From Bacteroidota bacterium (lineage in GTDB: Bacteria; Bacteroidota; Bacteroidia; Bacteroidales; JAGONC01), in assembly GCA_026391695.1 (NCBI GenBank), contig JAPLDP010000077.1, positions 6,462-70,461 of the forward strand: a stretch of DNA of 64,000 nt. Direction: 5' to 3'. Under the pieces are notes generated by a model. The model had not been told where the DNA came from. It did no database searches and saw nothing but the letters and a program-made list of their open reading frames with translations. The position numbers were made by a program, and so were the translations under genes. This document shows, piece by piece, positions 39,701 through 49,320 of this stretch (the stretch's first letter is position 1; every line of letters begins with the position of its first letter).

Positions 39701-39961
39701 CCCTTCGTCGACGTATATTACAGGGCCAAACAGCCTCTGAAAGGTAATGCACTCGTTGAACAACTGGTAAAGAACTATGAAGAAGATATCATCTATTATA
39801 ATTCTCAGGAAGGTTCATTTGCTAAATATTACGAGGAGGAAACCCGGCAGGCATTCACTATTCTGAACAGGTTGGCGCAGATTTGCGAACAATACGAACA
39901 AAAAGAGCTGACTGATAAAATCAAGGGAGTCATAGATTATCAAATGAAACTGGTCAAATAA
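36740..39961 (+). CDS. DUF2723 domain-containing polytopic membrane protein (putative glycosyltransferase-C fold)
   Basis: 1073 aa. The N-terminus ...ISTVEPTASWWDCGEYIATAFKLQVGHPPGAPMFQMLGR is the hallmark of DUF2723 proteins. Confidence 0.85.
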   Translation: MKRYKLLNNITGWIVFIIASFVYISTVEPTASWWDCGEYIATAFKLQVGHPPGAPMFQMLGRFFSLFAFGDTSKVALMVNLMSALASSFTILFLFWSITHLAKKLVITDNEYTDGKIYTVLGCGLIGALAYTFTDSFWFSAVEGEVYASSSFYTAIVFWAILKWESVADSKHADRWIIFIAYLIGLSIGVHLLNLLAIPAIAFVFYFKKYTPTAKGMIKTLVISLLLLAFAMYVIIPEIVNLFAKTELLFVNTIGLPFNSGTIFFVLVTAGLIICGILYTTRHEQSSPLRTSLIVLSIVFVILMLVASTSVGNFIFRLILVGAITSIFYFYRNKKALLNTVILCFTFILIGYSSFILIIIRANANTPINENAPKDAISLLSYLNREQYGSWPIFYGQYYNTPLDAENPYKDGSPVYVKDAQKGEYIITDDRKSSIPNYDSRFMTFFPRMWSNQKDSHITAYKEWGKVKGIPVSYTGRDGKAEVIQKPTFSENLRFFFRYQVGHMYWRYFMWNFVGRQNDIEGHGGIENGNWLSGIKFIDNNRLGNQDYLPSSRQSPARNTFFFLPLILGLIGLFYHLNKNYKDTLIVALLFFMTGLAILVYLNQTPYQPRERDYSYAGSFYAFAIWIGLGIIPLVELLSRVLKRNISAIIVTILCLILVPGIMANQGWDDHNRSGKYAAFDYAKNYLNSCAPNAILITNGDNDTFPLWYAQEVEGVRTDVRVVNFMLASGDWYIHQMANKVYDSEPLKFTLTQDQYNKGINQIIPYFEEKSIKGRVELKLLVDFLASENQSTKVMLQNGQWIKYFPTKKVRLTVDPGKAVTNGIVPRYLAGRIDSVVEWDIKTNYLYKNDLMLLDFLATNNWERPVYFANPSSVGHIFNVEPYFHLEGFVYKFMPVKAFDYIQGLGGISTEETYDILINKCKWGNLNSPRVYVDRESYRNSMIPKQNFMRLAQALMEINKPDSAVRAADVCLEVFPDNKIKFDVYMLPFVDVYYRAKQPLKGNALVEQLVKNYEEDIIYYNSQEGSFAKYYEEETRQAFTILNRLAQICEQYEQKELTDKIKGVIDYQMKLVK

Positions 39962-40762
39962 TCAGCCCTCTGTTTTTGATTTCCTGATCCATTGGGGATA
40001 TAGCAACAGACATAGTCCGGCTATTACAAATGGTATACTCAGTAGTTGACCGATATCAAGCGCCAGGTTTCTTTCGAAATCCACCTGGGGTTCTTTGAGG
40101 AATTCTATAAAAAATCTTACTCCGAAAATGAGTAGAAGGAACATGCCAAACAGAAATCCCTGCCGTGGTTGTCCTCCCTTCAGGTAATAATATTTTAAAA
40201 GAAAGACAAAAATCAATAAATAGGATATTCCTTCATAGATTTGGGTGGGATGTCGCGGAATATCGCTGGTTCTGGAAAAAATGAATGCCCAGGGCAGATC
40301 TGTGGGTCTGCCGAGATTTTCCGAATTCATGAGATTTCCTGTCCTGATCAAAAAACCTGAAAGAGCCACTACAATGACTATCCGGTCCACAACCCAAAGG
40401 TAGGGTTTCTGACTTTTTCTTGAAAAAAGATAAAGAGCAATCAGAATACCAATGGCAGCGCCATGGCTGGCTAAACCTCCTTCCCAGACTTTAAATACAT
40501 CAAGAGGATGACTGAGATAATAGGAGGGTTCGTAAAAAAAACAATGCCCAAGCCTTGCTCCAACAACTGTTCCGACAATCATATAAGTCGTCAGCCGGTC
40601 GAGCTCTTTCAGCGGGATATTTTCTTTCTTAAATATGCCTATCATGATAAAATACCCCAAAAAGAAAGAAAGTGCAAAAAGGACACCATACCATCTTATC
40701 GACAGGCCAAAAACATGGGCAATCTCGGGATTTACGTTCCAGTGAATGAAGTTAATCAGCAT
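39962..40762 (-). CDS. lgt: prolipoprotein diacylglyceryl transferase
   Basis: IRWYGVLFALSF, GGLASHGA and HPTQIYE motifs. Length is 266 aa. Confidence 0.94.
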   Translation of the reverse strand: MLINFIHWNVNPEIAHVFGLSIRWYGVLFALSFFLGYFIMIGIFKKENIPLKELDRLTTYMIVGTVVGARLGHCFFYEPSYYLSHPLDVFKVWEGGLASHGAAIGILIALYLFSRKSQKPYLWVVDRIVIVVALSGFLIRTGNLMNSENLGRPTDLPWAFIFSRTSDIPRHPTQIYEGISYLLIFVFLLKYYYLKGGQPRQGFLFGMFLLLIFGVRFFIEFLKEPQVDFERNLALDIGQLLSIPFVIAGLCLLLYPQWIRKSKTEG

Positions 40763-40939
40763 GTCTAATGGTTAATTTTCGTCAAAATTATAAAATTCAC
40801 CAGAGTAAACTAAAAATTTTCCTGAATACCAGTGGTACGTTTCAGGACTTTTTCGATAAACAATTAGTATGATTTCGAGTACAGTCTGAGATCATGTTGA
40901 AGTCATTAATTACTAAGCAGTTATAATTCATCGCATCCA

Positions 40940-42046
40940 ATGCAGCTCTTATTGTATCAGATAGCGTTAACATTGATTCCGGGAATCGGCTCTATCAACG
41001 GGAAGAAGCTGGTGGCTTACTGTGGAAGCGTTGAGGCTGTTTTCAGGGAAAACAGACGACAACTTTTAAAGATCCCTGGCATTGGTGACTCAACAGTAAA
41101 TGTACTGTCGTCAAAAAACGTTGCCATATTAATGCACAGGGCTGAAAAGGAAATCAAGTTTCTTGAAAAATATGGGATAATTCCCATTTTTTATCTTGAC
41201 AAGGCTTATCCCGATCGCCTTAAACATTGTATTGACAGCCCGGTGATGTTATTCTATAAAGGGACTGCCGATCTTAATGCCAGCCGGATTGTCAGTATTG
41301 TGGGCACCCGCACGGCGACAACATATGGAAAAGACTGTTGCCAGAGCATAGTCATGGATCTGTCAGGATACAAGACTTTAATTATCAGCGGATTGGCTTA
41401 TGGAATAGATTCCTGTTCGCATAAATCAGCTCTGGATAATGGATTGATGACTGTTGGTATTCTGGCTCACGGATTGGATATTATTTATCCGGCGATAAAC
41501 AGGTCGCTTGCCGAACGCATGCTTGACCAGGGAGGATTACTCACTGAGTTTATGAGTGAAACTCAACCGGACCGTGAAAATTTCCCTAAACGTAACCGCA
41601 TCATTGCAGGATTGTCTGATGCAGTCGTTGTAATTGAAGCAGGTAAGAAAGGAGGAGCTCTCATTACAGCTGGTATTGCCAATTCATACAACCGTGATGT
41701 GTTTGCTGTACCTGGCAGAATCCATGACCCTTTGTCGGAAGGGTGCAACCATCTCATTAAAACAAATCAGGCTGCCCTGATTCAATCGGCTGCCGATATC
41801 ATTTATATTATGGGATGGCAGGATCAAGATAAAAGCAAAAAACTCTTACAACCTTTGCTATTTCAAGAACTCTCGAAAGATGAGGAGAAAATTGTCAAAA
41901 TGCTTGAGATCAATGGAGAATCCAGCATTGACATTTTATGTATCAGTACAGAGCTGACAATGAGTAAAGTTTCGGCTGTCTTGCTGGATTTGGAATTTAA
42001 AGGAATCGTCAAATGTCTGCCGGGGAAAATGTTCCGTTTACGCTAA
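40940..42046 (+). CDS. dprA: DNA-processing protein DprA
   Basis: Rossmann-like core (IVSIVGTR..T.YG, SGLAYGIDS..H, GGLLTEF, NFPKRNRIIAGLSD, GGALITA) and a C-terminal winged helix. Confidence 0.93.
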   Translation: MQLLLYQIALTLIPGIGSINGKKLVAYCGSVEAVFRENRRQLLKIPGIGDSTVNVLSSKNVAILMHRAEKEIKFLEKYGIIPIFYLDKAYPDRLKHCIDSPVMLFYKGTADLNASRIVSIVGTRTATTYGKDCCQSIVMDLSGYKTLIISGLAYGIDSCSHKSALDNGLMTVGILAHGLDIIYPAINRSLAERMLDQGGLLTEFMSETQPDRENFPKRNRIIAGLSDAVVVIEAGKKGGALITAGIANSYNRDVFAVPGRIHDPLSEGCNHLIKTNQAALIQSAADIIYIMGWQDQDKSKKLLQPLLFQELSKDEEKIVKMLEINGESSIDILCISTELTMSKVSAVLLDLEFKGIVKCLPGKMFRLR

Positions 42047-42111
42047 ATCATCCGCCAGAGTGTGTAGACTTTTGTTCGTATATTTACATCCTCAAAAAAC
42101 CTGTATCGCGA

Positions 42112-43047
42112 TTGAAAGGCATTGTCATTAAATCTACAGGCAGCTGGTATGCCATCCGTCAGGAGGATGGAACGCGCATTAATTGTAGATTAAAAGGGCA
42201 ATTCAGAATCAGGGATATTAAAACAACCAATCCTATTTCAGTTGGCGACAGGGTTGAGTATGAATACTCTCCGGGAGAAAGCATCGGAATGATTAGCGGG
42301 ATATATGAACGGCAAAATTATATCATCCGCAAATCCAAAAAACTTTCCAAAGTATCCCATATCATTGCTTCGAATATAGATCAGGCATTTCTGATCGCCA
42401 CCCTGGCGATGCCCAGGACATCCACCGGATTTATTGACCGATTTTTAGTCACAGCTGAGGCGTATCATATTCCTGCCAGTATTGTATTTAATAAGATTGA
42501 TCTGTATGATGATAAACTGTGGACGATTCATAACTATTTGAAGCATATCTATTCATCGGTTGGTTATGGTGTTTATGAAGTGTCGGCATTACATGGTGAT
42601 GGCATCATACCACTGGTCACTTCGATGAAGGACCGGTCAAGCTTATTTGCAGGCCACTCCGGAGTCGGGAAAACGGCTCTGATAAATGCCATAGAACCGG
42701 CCCTTGACCTTAAGACCAGAGAAATCTCATCGTATCATCATAAAGGAATGCACACAACAACCTTTGCAGAGATGTATGAATTGTCGGCAGGTGGCTTCAT
42801 CATAGATACTCCTGGTATCAAAGAGTTTGGACTTATTGATTTCAGAAAAGTGGAAGTGGCAGAAAGGTTCCCTGAAATGCGTGCGTTAATGCATGGCTGT
42901 CAGTTTCATAACTGCACACATGTCCATGAACCCAAATGCGCGGTCATCAAAGCATTGAAGGAGGGTACAATAGATCCTGCACGTTATAAAAGCTACCTAA
43001 GCATCCTGAATGATGAATGGGATGAAACCGATACAGATTTTTCCTAA
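42112..43047 (+). CDS. rsgA: ribosome small-subunit-dependent GTPase A
   Basis: OB fold (KGIVIKSTGSWY), circularly permuted GTPase (FNKIDL...GHSGVGKTALINA...DTPG) and Zn finger (C.FHNCTHVHEPKCAV). I prefer the in-frame TTG at 42112; the ATG at 42013 would overlap dprA by 34 nt and add a non-conserved leader. Confidence 0.85.
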   Translation: MKGIVIKSTGSWYAIRQEDGTRINCRLKGQFRIRDIKTTNPISVGDRVEYEYSPGESIGMISGIYERQNYIIRKSKKLSKVSHIIASNIDQAFLIATLAMPRTSTGFIDRFLVTAEAYHIPASIVFNKIDLYDDKLWTIHNYLKHIYSSVGYGVYEVSALHGDGIIPLVTSMKDRSSLFAGHSGVGKTALINAIEPALDLKTREISSYHHKGMHTTTFAEMYELSAGGFIIDTPGIKEFGLIDFRKVEVAERFPEMRALMHGCQFHNCTHVHEPKCAVIKALKEGTIDPARYKSYLSILNDEWDETDTDFS

Positions 43048-43058
43048 ATTCAGATATT

Positions 43059-43511
43059 ATGCGCGCTGTAATTCAACGAGTCACTGAGGCCCATGTCGAG
43101 GTAAATGGCGAAGTAACAGGCAGGATTAGCAATGGTCTGCTGGTTTTACTCGGTATTGAGGAGTCAGATAATGAAGAGGATATCGAATGGCTTGCGGGTA
43201 AAATCGTCCGGCTGAGGATATTTGCTGATCATCAGGGAGTAATGAATATCCCGATAACGGAAACAGGGGGGGATATTTTACTCGTGAGCCAATTCACTCT
43301 CCATGCCAGCACGAAAAAAGGTAACAGGCCTTCGTATATTCGCTCGGCTAAGCCGGAAATCGCCATACCTCTGTATGAAAAAGTCAAACAACGTATTGAG
43401 GAACTTCTGGGTTCACAGGTACAAACTGGTATATTCGGTGCCTATATGAAAGTACATCTGGTGAATGATGGCCCGGTCACTATCTGGATGGATACGAAAA
43501 GCAGAGAATAA
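43059..43511 (+). CDS. dtd: D-aminoacyl-tRNA deacylase
   Basis: MRAVIQRV...LLVLLGI start, plus SQFTL and NDGPVT motifs. Length is 150 aa. Confidence 0.95.
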   Translation: MRAVIQRVTEAHVEVNGEVTGRISNGLLVLLGIEESDNEEDIEWLAGKIVRLRIFADHQGVMNIPITETGGDILLVSQFTLHASTKKGNRPSYIRSAKPEIAIPLYEKVKQRIEELLGSQVQTGIFGAYMKVHLVNDGPVTIWMDTKSRE

Positions 43512-43541
43512 GAGACAACAGCCCTTCAGAATGTGATTTCT

Positions 43542-45869
43542 TTAAAAGAAGAATCGCATGCCGGCACTGGGCATAAATGGAAGTTGGTCTACCCGTTCCC
43601 CGGTAATGCGGTCAATATAGAATACATTGTTCCTGTTATACAGATTGGTAACACCCACTGTCGCTTCCAATCTGGCATATCTCCCGAAATGAAAACGTCG
43701 TAAAAGGCTGATATCCAAGCGATGATAGTAAGGCAGCCGGCCACCGTTGACATCGTCGTACTGGATACCAAGTTCACCGTTTTCGGTAGTGTAATCGGTG
43801 TTAATTCCATCCTGGAAAGTAAGTTTTTCATAAAAGCCCTGTGTTCTAGTAAACGGGAATCCAGAGCCGAAATTCCATCGCGCATTCGCCTCCCAGTCAC
43901 CGGATGAACCAAATGTATAGCTGGCAACAAGATTTACATTATGCCTTCTGTCATAATGAGGGTAATATTCAATTTGCCCATCATACATCTTTACCCATGC
44001 CAGGGAGTATGCAGCCCAAAAATAAAGATAGTTCCTGTCGTACTTGAAAGAGATCTCCACACCCTCAGCATGTCCGTTTTCAATAATGAAGTCTTTTCTG
44101 AGATAATAGGGTTTATCCTGATTTTCTCCGTTATCATCATATATTTTATTGCGGTTGATATTGGTGAGCTGGGAAAAATTTTTATAATATCCTTCAAGAT
44201 TAAAAGTGGCGTATTCCATGAGGTCATATTCAAGACCCAGAATGATATGTTCAGCTTTTTGAAGCTTATGTTTCACTTTTTTCCCGTCGAATTCTTCCTG
44301 GAGGTTATCCGGTCCGGAAACAAAACCATAAAAAAGGTTCACTACATCGCGGTCGGAACGGGCACTGATGAGGTTCTGCGAATAAAGTCCGCCGGCAAGT
44401 TTGAAACGTAATTTATCAGTGGCATTATATTTTAATGCCAGACGGGGTTCCGGCGAAATATTTCCCAGAGAGGCATACCATTGTAATCTGAAGCTGGGCT
44501 CGATGAGGAATTTTCCTTTGACCATTTTATATTTTACATATCCGCCGAGCTCCGTTGTATTCTCTTTTTGTTCTATTTTCCGGTTAAGGGAATTGGTATA
44601 GTCGAATGAGGTTTCATAACCAAGTAGTTCGACGCCATATTTAACGACATCTTTACCAAGAAAATAGGTGAAATCAAGCCCGACATCAAAGCCGTTGATC
44701 TGGCTGGAACGGGTGGGTGTAGATACTTCATCAAGGGTGATCTTATAATTTGAATAATCAATATGACCTTCCATGAGTGCAGGTGACTTTCCTGGTATGA
44801 CCACGAAATTAACACCACCACCGACAGAATTCCAGTTAAAATCAGATAAGGCCCGGTAGTTATTTACTACATCACTGTAATAGAATCCATAGAAGTTGGC
44901 TTTGCTGCCGTTGGAGCCGTTAAGGGACAATTTTCCATAAAGGTCCATATAATTGAAAGGAAGCCCGGCAGTATCAATATATTGATATAAGGCCTTGGAG
45001 CTTTGTTCCAGGTATGAGTTTTTAGCTGACAGAATGAATGAAGAGGTACCTCCACCCGTATCGTTTTCTTTCTTAAGTGGTCCTTCGAGTTGAAGTTCTG
45101 CTCCAAATGTACTAATACCGGCTCTTCCTGAGAGACGTCTTTTATTTCCATCGCGCGTCGTAATATTCATCACCGATGAAATCCTGCCACCAAATTCCGC
45201 TCCGAATCCCCCTGTATAAATCTCGACATTACGGATGATCTCTGTGTCAAATACTGAAAAAAGCCCGATTGAATGAAATGGATTGTAAATCGTCATACCA
45301 TCCAGTAACACTTTATTCTGAACTGGGGAACCTCCCCTGATGTACAGCTGTCCTCCCTGATCGCCTGTAAAAATCACACCCGGCAGTACCTGAAGATATT
45401 GGGCCAGGTCAGGCTGGCCGCCAATTGAAGGTATCTGCTGGATTTGCTTTGGAGTTATCTTGATCACTGACGTTCTTGTTTCCATCCTGGCTTCTTCCCT
45501 GGTGCCGGATATATTGACTTCTTTCAAGAGAACAGAGGATTGAGAGAGATAAAGCTTTTTTGTGATCACATCATTTGCGTTGACAGTCAGCGGCATACTC
45601 AATGTATCGTAACCAAGATAAGTGACCATCAGCAGATAATCTCCGGGCGGAACTTGTGCTATGGCAAAAAATCCATTCACATCAGTTGCGGCTCCCAATG
45701 AGGTACGGTATAGATAAACATTCGTAAAGATGATAGGCTCTCCTGTTTCTTTTTCATAAATAAATCCCCGGATTGTAGCGTTCTGGGCCAATGAATGGTT
45801 TATCGAAAATATCAGAATAAACAGGATCCAAATGTGGCAAGTGTTAGGAACGATCTTATTAATGTTCAT
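43542..45869 (-). CDS. TonB-dependent receptor with N-terminal carboxypeptidase-regulatory-like domain
   Basis: Signal peptide, CarbopepD_reg-like domain (TIRGFIYEKETGEPI...VNGFFAI..VPPGDY), a plug, and a beta-barrel ending ...PSAGMRFFF. Confidence 0.88.
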   Translation of the reverse strand: MNINKIVPNTCHIWILFILIFSINHSLAQNATIRGFIYEKETGEPIIFTNVYLYRTSLGAATDVNGFFAIAQVPPGDYLLMVTYLGYDTLSMPLTVNANDVITKKLYLSQSSVLLKEVNISGTREEARMETRTSVIKITPKQIQQIPSIGGQPDLAQYLQVLPGVIFTGDQGGQLYIRGGSPVQNKVLLDGMTIYNPFHSIGLFSVFDTEIIRNVEIYTGGFGAEFGGRISSVMNITTRDGNKRRLSGRAGISTFGAELQLEGPLKKENDTGGGTSSFILSAKNSYLEQSSKALYQYIDTAGLPFNYMDLYGKLSLNGSNGSKANFYGFYYSDVVNNYRALSDFNWNSVGGGVNFVVIPGKSPALMEGHIDYSNYKITLDEVSTPTRSSQINGFDVGLDFTYFLGKDVVKYGVELLGYETSFDYTNSLNRKIEQKENTTELGGYVKYKMVKGKFLIEPSFRLQWYASLGNISPEPRLALKYNATDKLRFKLAGGLYSQNLISARSDRDVVNLFYGFVSGPDNLQEEFDGKKVKHKLQKAEHIILGLEYDLMEYATFNLEGYYKNFSQLTNINRNKIYDDNGENQDKPYYLRKDFIIENGHAEGVEISFKYDRNYLYFWAAYSLAWVKMYDGQIEYYPHYDRRHNVNLVASYTFGSSGDWEANARWNFGSGFPFTRTQGFYEKLTFQDGINTDYTTENGELGIQYDDVNGGRLPYYHRLDISLLRRFHFGRYARLEATVGVTNLYNRNNVFYIDRITGERVDQLPFMPSAGMRFFF

Positions 45870-46252
45870 GATTTCTGCTTAATGACTGCTGATTGGGATG
45901 CTTAAAATCTTTTTTCAAAAGTTCAACAAAACTATAAAAAATATTACTTCCAGAATCTAAAATATTAAAAGTGAATTATACAGTCTATAATCTGAAACTG
46001 GAAGGCTGCATCCCAGGGCCACAAGTCAGACCACCTATATGAACATTGCTGCCTTAATACTATTTTAATACTTTAAAGTACAATTGCTTAACAAATCTAG
46101 AAAGATAAATATATTAATAGTTAAAACAATTTTATATTTGTCGTGTTATTCAGGAAAGATATGTTTTTGTGAAACAAGACAGGAGCAGAATGTCAACAGA
46201 ATATCAGGTTTACGAATAATATGATTCAAATATCTCTGCTTTGAATAATTAT

Positions 46253-47623
46253 ATGATAAAAGGTAAAAAAATCATTCTAAAAGGTGGAAAGCTGATGGTG
46301 CCTGATACGCCCATCATACCTTTTATAAAAGGCGACGGGACGGGAGCTGATATCTGGGTTGCATCACAACGGGTTTTCGATGCGGCTGTTGAAAAAGCAT
46401 ATAAAAGGAAACGGCAGATTGTATGGAAAGAGGTTTTTACCGGAGAGAATTCCTTTAACAGGACGGGTGAATGGTTACCGATTGAAACACTTGATACATT
46501 CAGGAAATATCTGGTCGGAATAAAAGGGCCATTGACAACGCCTGTCGGCGGAGGCATACGTTCGTTAAATGTCGCTCTGCGTCAGGAACTTGATCTGTAT
46601 ACATGCCTACGGCCTGTGAAATATATTCCAGGAGTACCCTCACCGGTATATCACCCGGAATATGTGGATATGGTTATTTTCCGTGAAAACACCGAAGATA
46701 TTTATTCAGGTATCGAATGGCAAGCCGGCACGGCCGAAGTTAAAAAAGTGATTGATTTTATAATCCATGAAATGGGAATAAATAAAATACGGTTTCCTGA
46801 GACATCCGGAATAGGTATCAAATCCATTTCTCGTGAAGGTACAGACCGGCTGGTCAGAGCTGCCATCATTTTTTCCCTGAATGAAAAGCGGCGGTCATTA
46901 TCACTTGTACACAAAGGCAATATCATGAAATTCACTGAAGGAGCCTTTAAAAACTGGGGTTACGAGCTTGCCAAAGCTGAATTCAGAAATGAAATCGTAA
47001 CAGAGAGGGAAAGCTGGATAATAGGCAATAAAGATGCATATCCAGAAATAACATCAGAAGAAAATGCCAGAAAAATCGACCCGGGGTATGATATGATGAC
47101 CGATGAGCAACAGAAGGAAATAAGGGATGAAATCGCAGCTGCTCTCAAACTCTTACCAACTCATGGAAATGGCGGCTGGAGAAATATGTTGCTGATAAAA
47201 GATACCATTGCGGACATTACATTACAACAGGTTCTCACCAGAGCAAAAGAGTTTGACGTTATCGCCACCATGAACCTCAATGGTGATTATTTATCGGATG
47301 CGCTGGCTGCACAGATAGGCGGAATCGGTATTGCCCCGGGAGCCAATATAAACTATGAAACCGGACATGCTATCTTTGAAGCCACGCACGGAACAGCACC
47401 CAAATATGCCAACCTGGATAAAGTCAATCCCGGTTCTGTCATATTATCCGGTGGTATGATGTTCAAATACATGGGATGGCATGAAGCTGATGAACTGATT
47501 TGGAAAGGATTGGTAAAAACTATCTCTCAAAAAAAGGTGACGTATGATTATCACCGGCTTATGAATGATGCCACTCTTTTAAAATGTTCTGAATTTGGTT
47601 CGGCAATCATTGAAAACATGTGA
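46253..47623 (+). CDS. icd: NADP-dependent isocitrate dehydrogenase (homodimeric type)
   Basis: [34 protein letters not shown] and [27 protein letters not shown] prefer the ATG at 46253 over the TTG at 46241. Confidence 0.95.
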   Translation: MIKGKKIILKGGKLMVPDTPIIPFIKGDGTGADIWVASQRVFDAAVEKAYKRKRQIVWKEVFTGENSFNRTGEWLPIETLDTFRKYLVGIKGPLTTPVGGGIRSLNVALRQELDLYTCLRPVKYIPGVPSPVYHPEYVDMVIFRENTEDIYSGIEWQAGTAEVKKVIDFIIHEMGINKIRFPETSGIGIKSISREGTDRLVRAAIIFSLNEKRRSLSLVHKGNIMKFTEGAFKNWGYELAKAEFRNEIVTERESWIIGNKDAYPEITSEENARKIDPGYDMMTDEQQKEIRDEIAAALKLLPTHGNGGWRNMLLIKDTIADITLQQVLTRAKEFDVIATMNLNGDYLSDALAAQIGGIGIAPGANINYETGHAIFEATHGTAPKYANLDKVNPGSVILSGGMMFKYMGWHEADELIWKGLVKTISQKKVTYDYHRLMNDATLLKCSEFGSAIIENM

Positions 47624-47670
47624 AATCCTACTGTGAAATCATTAATTATTAATTATCAAATCTTTATCTT

Positions 47671-48544
47671 ATGTCAATTCTAAAGGAAAGGCTTCGGCAG
47701 AAAATATATGAGTGGAGACCACGCATCTCCAAACTGATGGAAGAATACGGCGATGTGGAAGTGGATAAAGTTACAATCGGACAAATTCTTGGCGGAATGC
47801 GAGGAATTAATTCAATCCAATCCTAACCTTGATTTTGGTGGCAATTTTGCCCACATGATGGGCATTAAGAAGCCATACGATGACGTTTCACGGCTCAACT
47901 TCATCCTTCACAGCGATCATGAAAGCGGTAATGTCAGCGCTCATACAGGTCATCTGGTTGCCAGTGCACTTTCTGATTTATACCTGGCAATTCCTGCTAT
48001 GATCAATGGGCTGGCAGGGCCGTTGCATGGGCTGGCAAATCAGGAAGTATTGCGTTTTCTTCTGGATATTAAAGATAAAATGAATGATCATTTCCCATCA
48101 GAAGATGAAATGAAACAATTCGTCTGGGATCTGCTGAATTCAGGACGTGTCATGCCGGGATATGGTCATGCAGTCCTCAGAAAAATCGACCCGCGTTTTT
48201 TACTGCAACGCGATTTCAGCTTAAAGCATTTTCCTGACGATCCATTATTTAAATATATCGACTTTTTATATAAAGTTGTTCCACCCATATTAATGGAACA
48301 TGGAAAGGCAAAGAATCCCTGGCCCAATGTCGATGCTCATTCCGGTCTGCTTCAATGGCATTATGGAATCACGGAATTTGATTTTTATACTGTACTTTTT
48401 GGTATCGGCCGTTCATTGGGTATCGGTGCTAATGTGATCTGGGATCGTGCTCTCATGTATCCGATCGAACGTCCCAAGTCCATTACTACCGATATGCTTG
48501 AGGAAATTGTCGAAAAGAGCCGGAAAAAGCAACTGGTGAATTAA
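47671..48544 (+). pseudogene. citrate synthase (mitochondrial/type I-like) with internal deletion and frameshift
   Basis: Frame 1 (47671-47826) encodes MSILKERLRQKIYEWRPRISKLMEEYGDVEVDKVTIGQILGGMRGI and then stops. Frame 2 continues from ..SNPNLDFGGNFAHMMGI to the normal C-terminus with HSDHESGNVSAH, GYGHAVLR and NVDAHSG. About 150 residues between GGMRG and the NFxxMxG region are missing. Confidence 0.8.
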
Positions 48545-48586
48545 TACCGGTCACATAGAGTACTGGGATTTCAAATCTCCTCCAAG

Positions 48587-49168
48587 CTATAATTGTTTTG
48601 CATATTCAATGATTTCAGGAAAAAACAATCTGAACTCCTCAGTAAAAAGTGAATAATCACGCAGGAGATCGATTACGGCGTTTTCCATGTTTGATTTGAA
48701 TGGTGTCCGCATGGCCATGCCTTCCAGACTTCTTTGTAAAAAATCAAAATGGGCATACGATGCAAGCCAGTTTGACTGGATCATAAATGGCAACAGCCGT
48801 TTTGTTTTTGGAGGAAGGGTGAGGAAATATTTCAACAGTAATTTATAGTTCCTTACTGTGAAATCATGGATGTCCTCATGTGAATAATCTCTCCAGTTAG
48901 CAGCCAGCAGGTGATCATAAAACATGTCGGTGATGACACCGGAATATTTGTGGTATTGCCCGATCAACCGGCTTTTGCTCCTGATAAACTGTGGATGTTG
49001 ATCGGTATACATATCAATATTCCGGTGGAAAACAATTCCTTTCATAAAACCTGGCCTGAATCGCCTGGTACCGTTGCCCTTCACATGATCGGCAATAAAA
49101 CTGCCGATTATAAATTCTTCATCATTACCTGATGACCATGCTAAATATGTGTGAGCCAGAAAGTTCAT
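48587..49168 (-). CDS. acpH: acyl carrier protein phosphodiesterase
   Basis: MNFLAHTYLA...GSFIADHVKG...HR.ID.YTD pattern as in E. coli AcpH. Length is 193 aa. Confidence 0.85.
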   Translation of the reverse strand: MNFLAHTYLAWSSGNDEEFIIGSFIADHVKGNGTRRFRPGFMKGIVFHRNIDMYTDQHPQFIRSKSRLIGQYHKYSGVITDMFYDHLLAANWRDYSHEDIHDFTVRNYKLLLKYFLTLPPKTKRLLPFMIQSNWLASYAHFDFLQRSLEGMAMRTPFKSNMENAVIDLLRDYSLFTEEFRLFFPEIIEYAKQL

Positions 49169-49320
49169 TGAACTGTGATCCTAAAAGGCCAAAATTACTT
49201 AAAATAGTTTATGACAGATGCTGTTAAAAATTTGGTACAGCCTGTAGATATTAAAAATTATTTATATTTGTATAGGTTGCGAAGTCAAGGAGATTTACAT
49301 TTTATAAAGCGGATTTGAGC

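Noticed and set aside
42013-42111. ATG at 42013 as the rsgA start, overlapping dprA by 34 nt
   Set aside because: The 33 extra residues are non-conserved. RsgA homology begins at KGIVIKSTGSWY, directly after an in-frame TTG at 42112.
46253-47623. Extra segment of about 40 aa in Icd (..[44 protein letters not shown]..) relative to E. coli Icd
   Set aside because: It is in-frame and hydrophilic, so it is probably a lineage-specific surface insertion. The catalytic motifs are intact, and there is no evidence that it is an intein or mobile insertion.
47753-47812. ATG at 47753 as the start of an intact 263-aa citrate-synthase-family protein
   Set aside because: The first roughly 20 codons overlap, in another frame, the genuine citrate synthase N-terminal coding sequence. 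The product would lack about 40 percent of the fold, so I treat the locus as a pseudogene.
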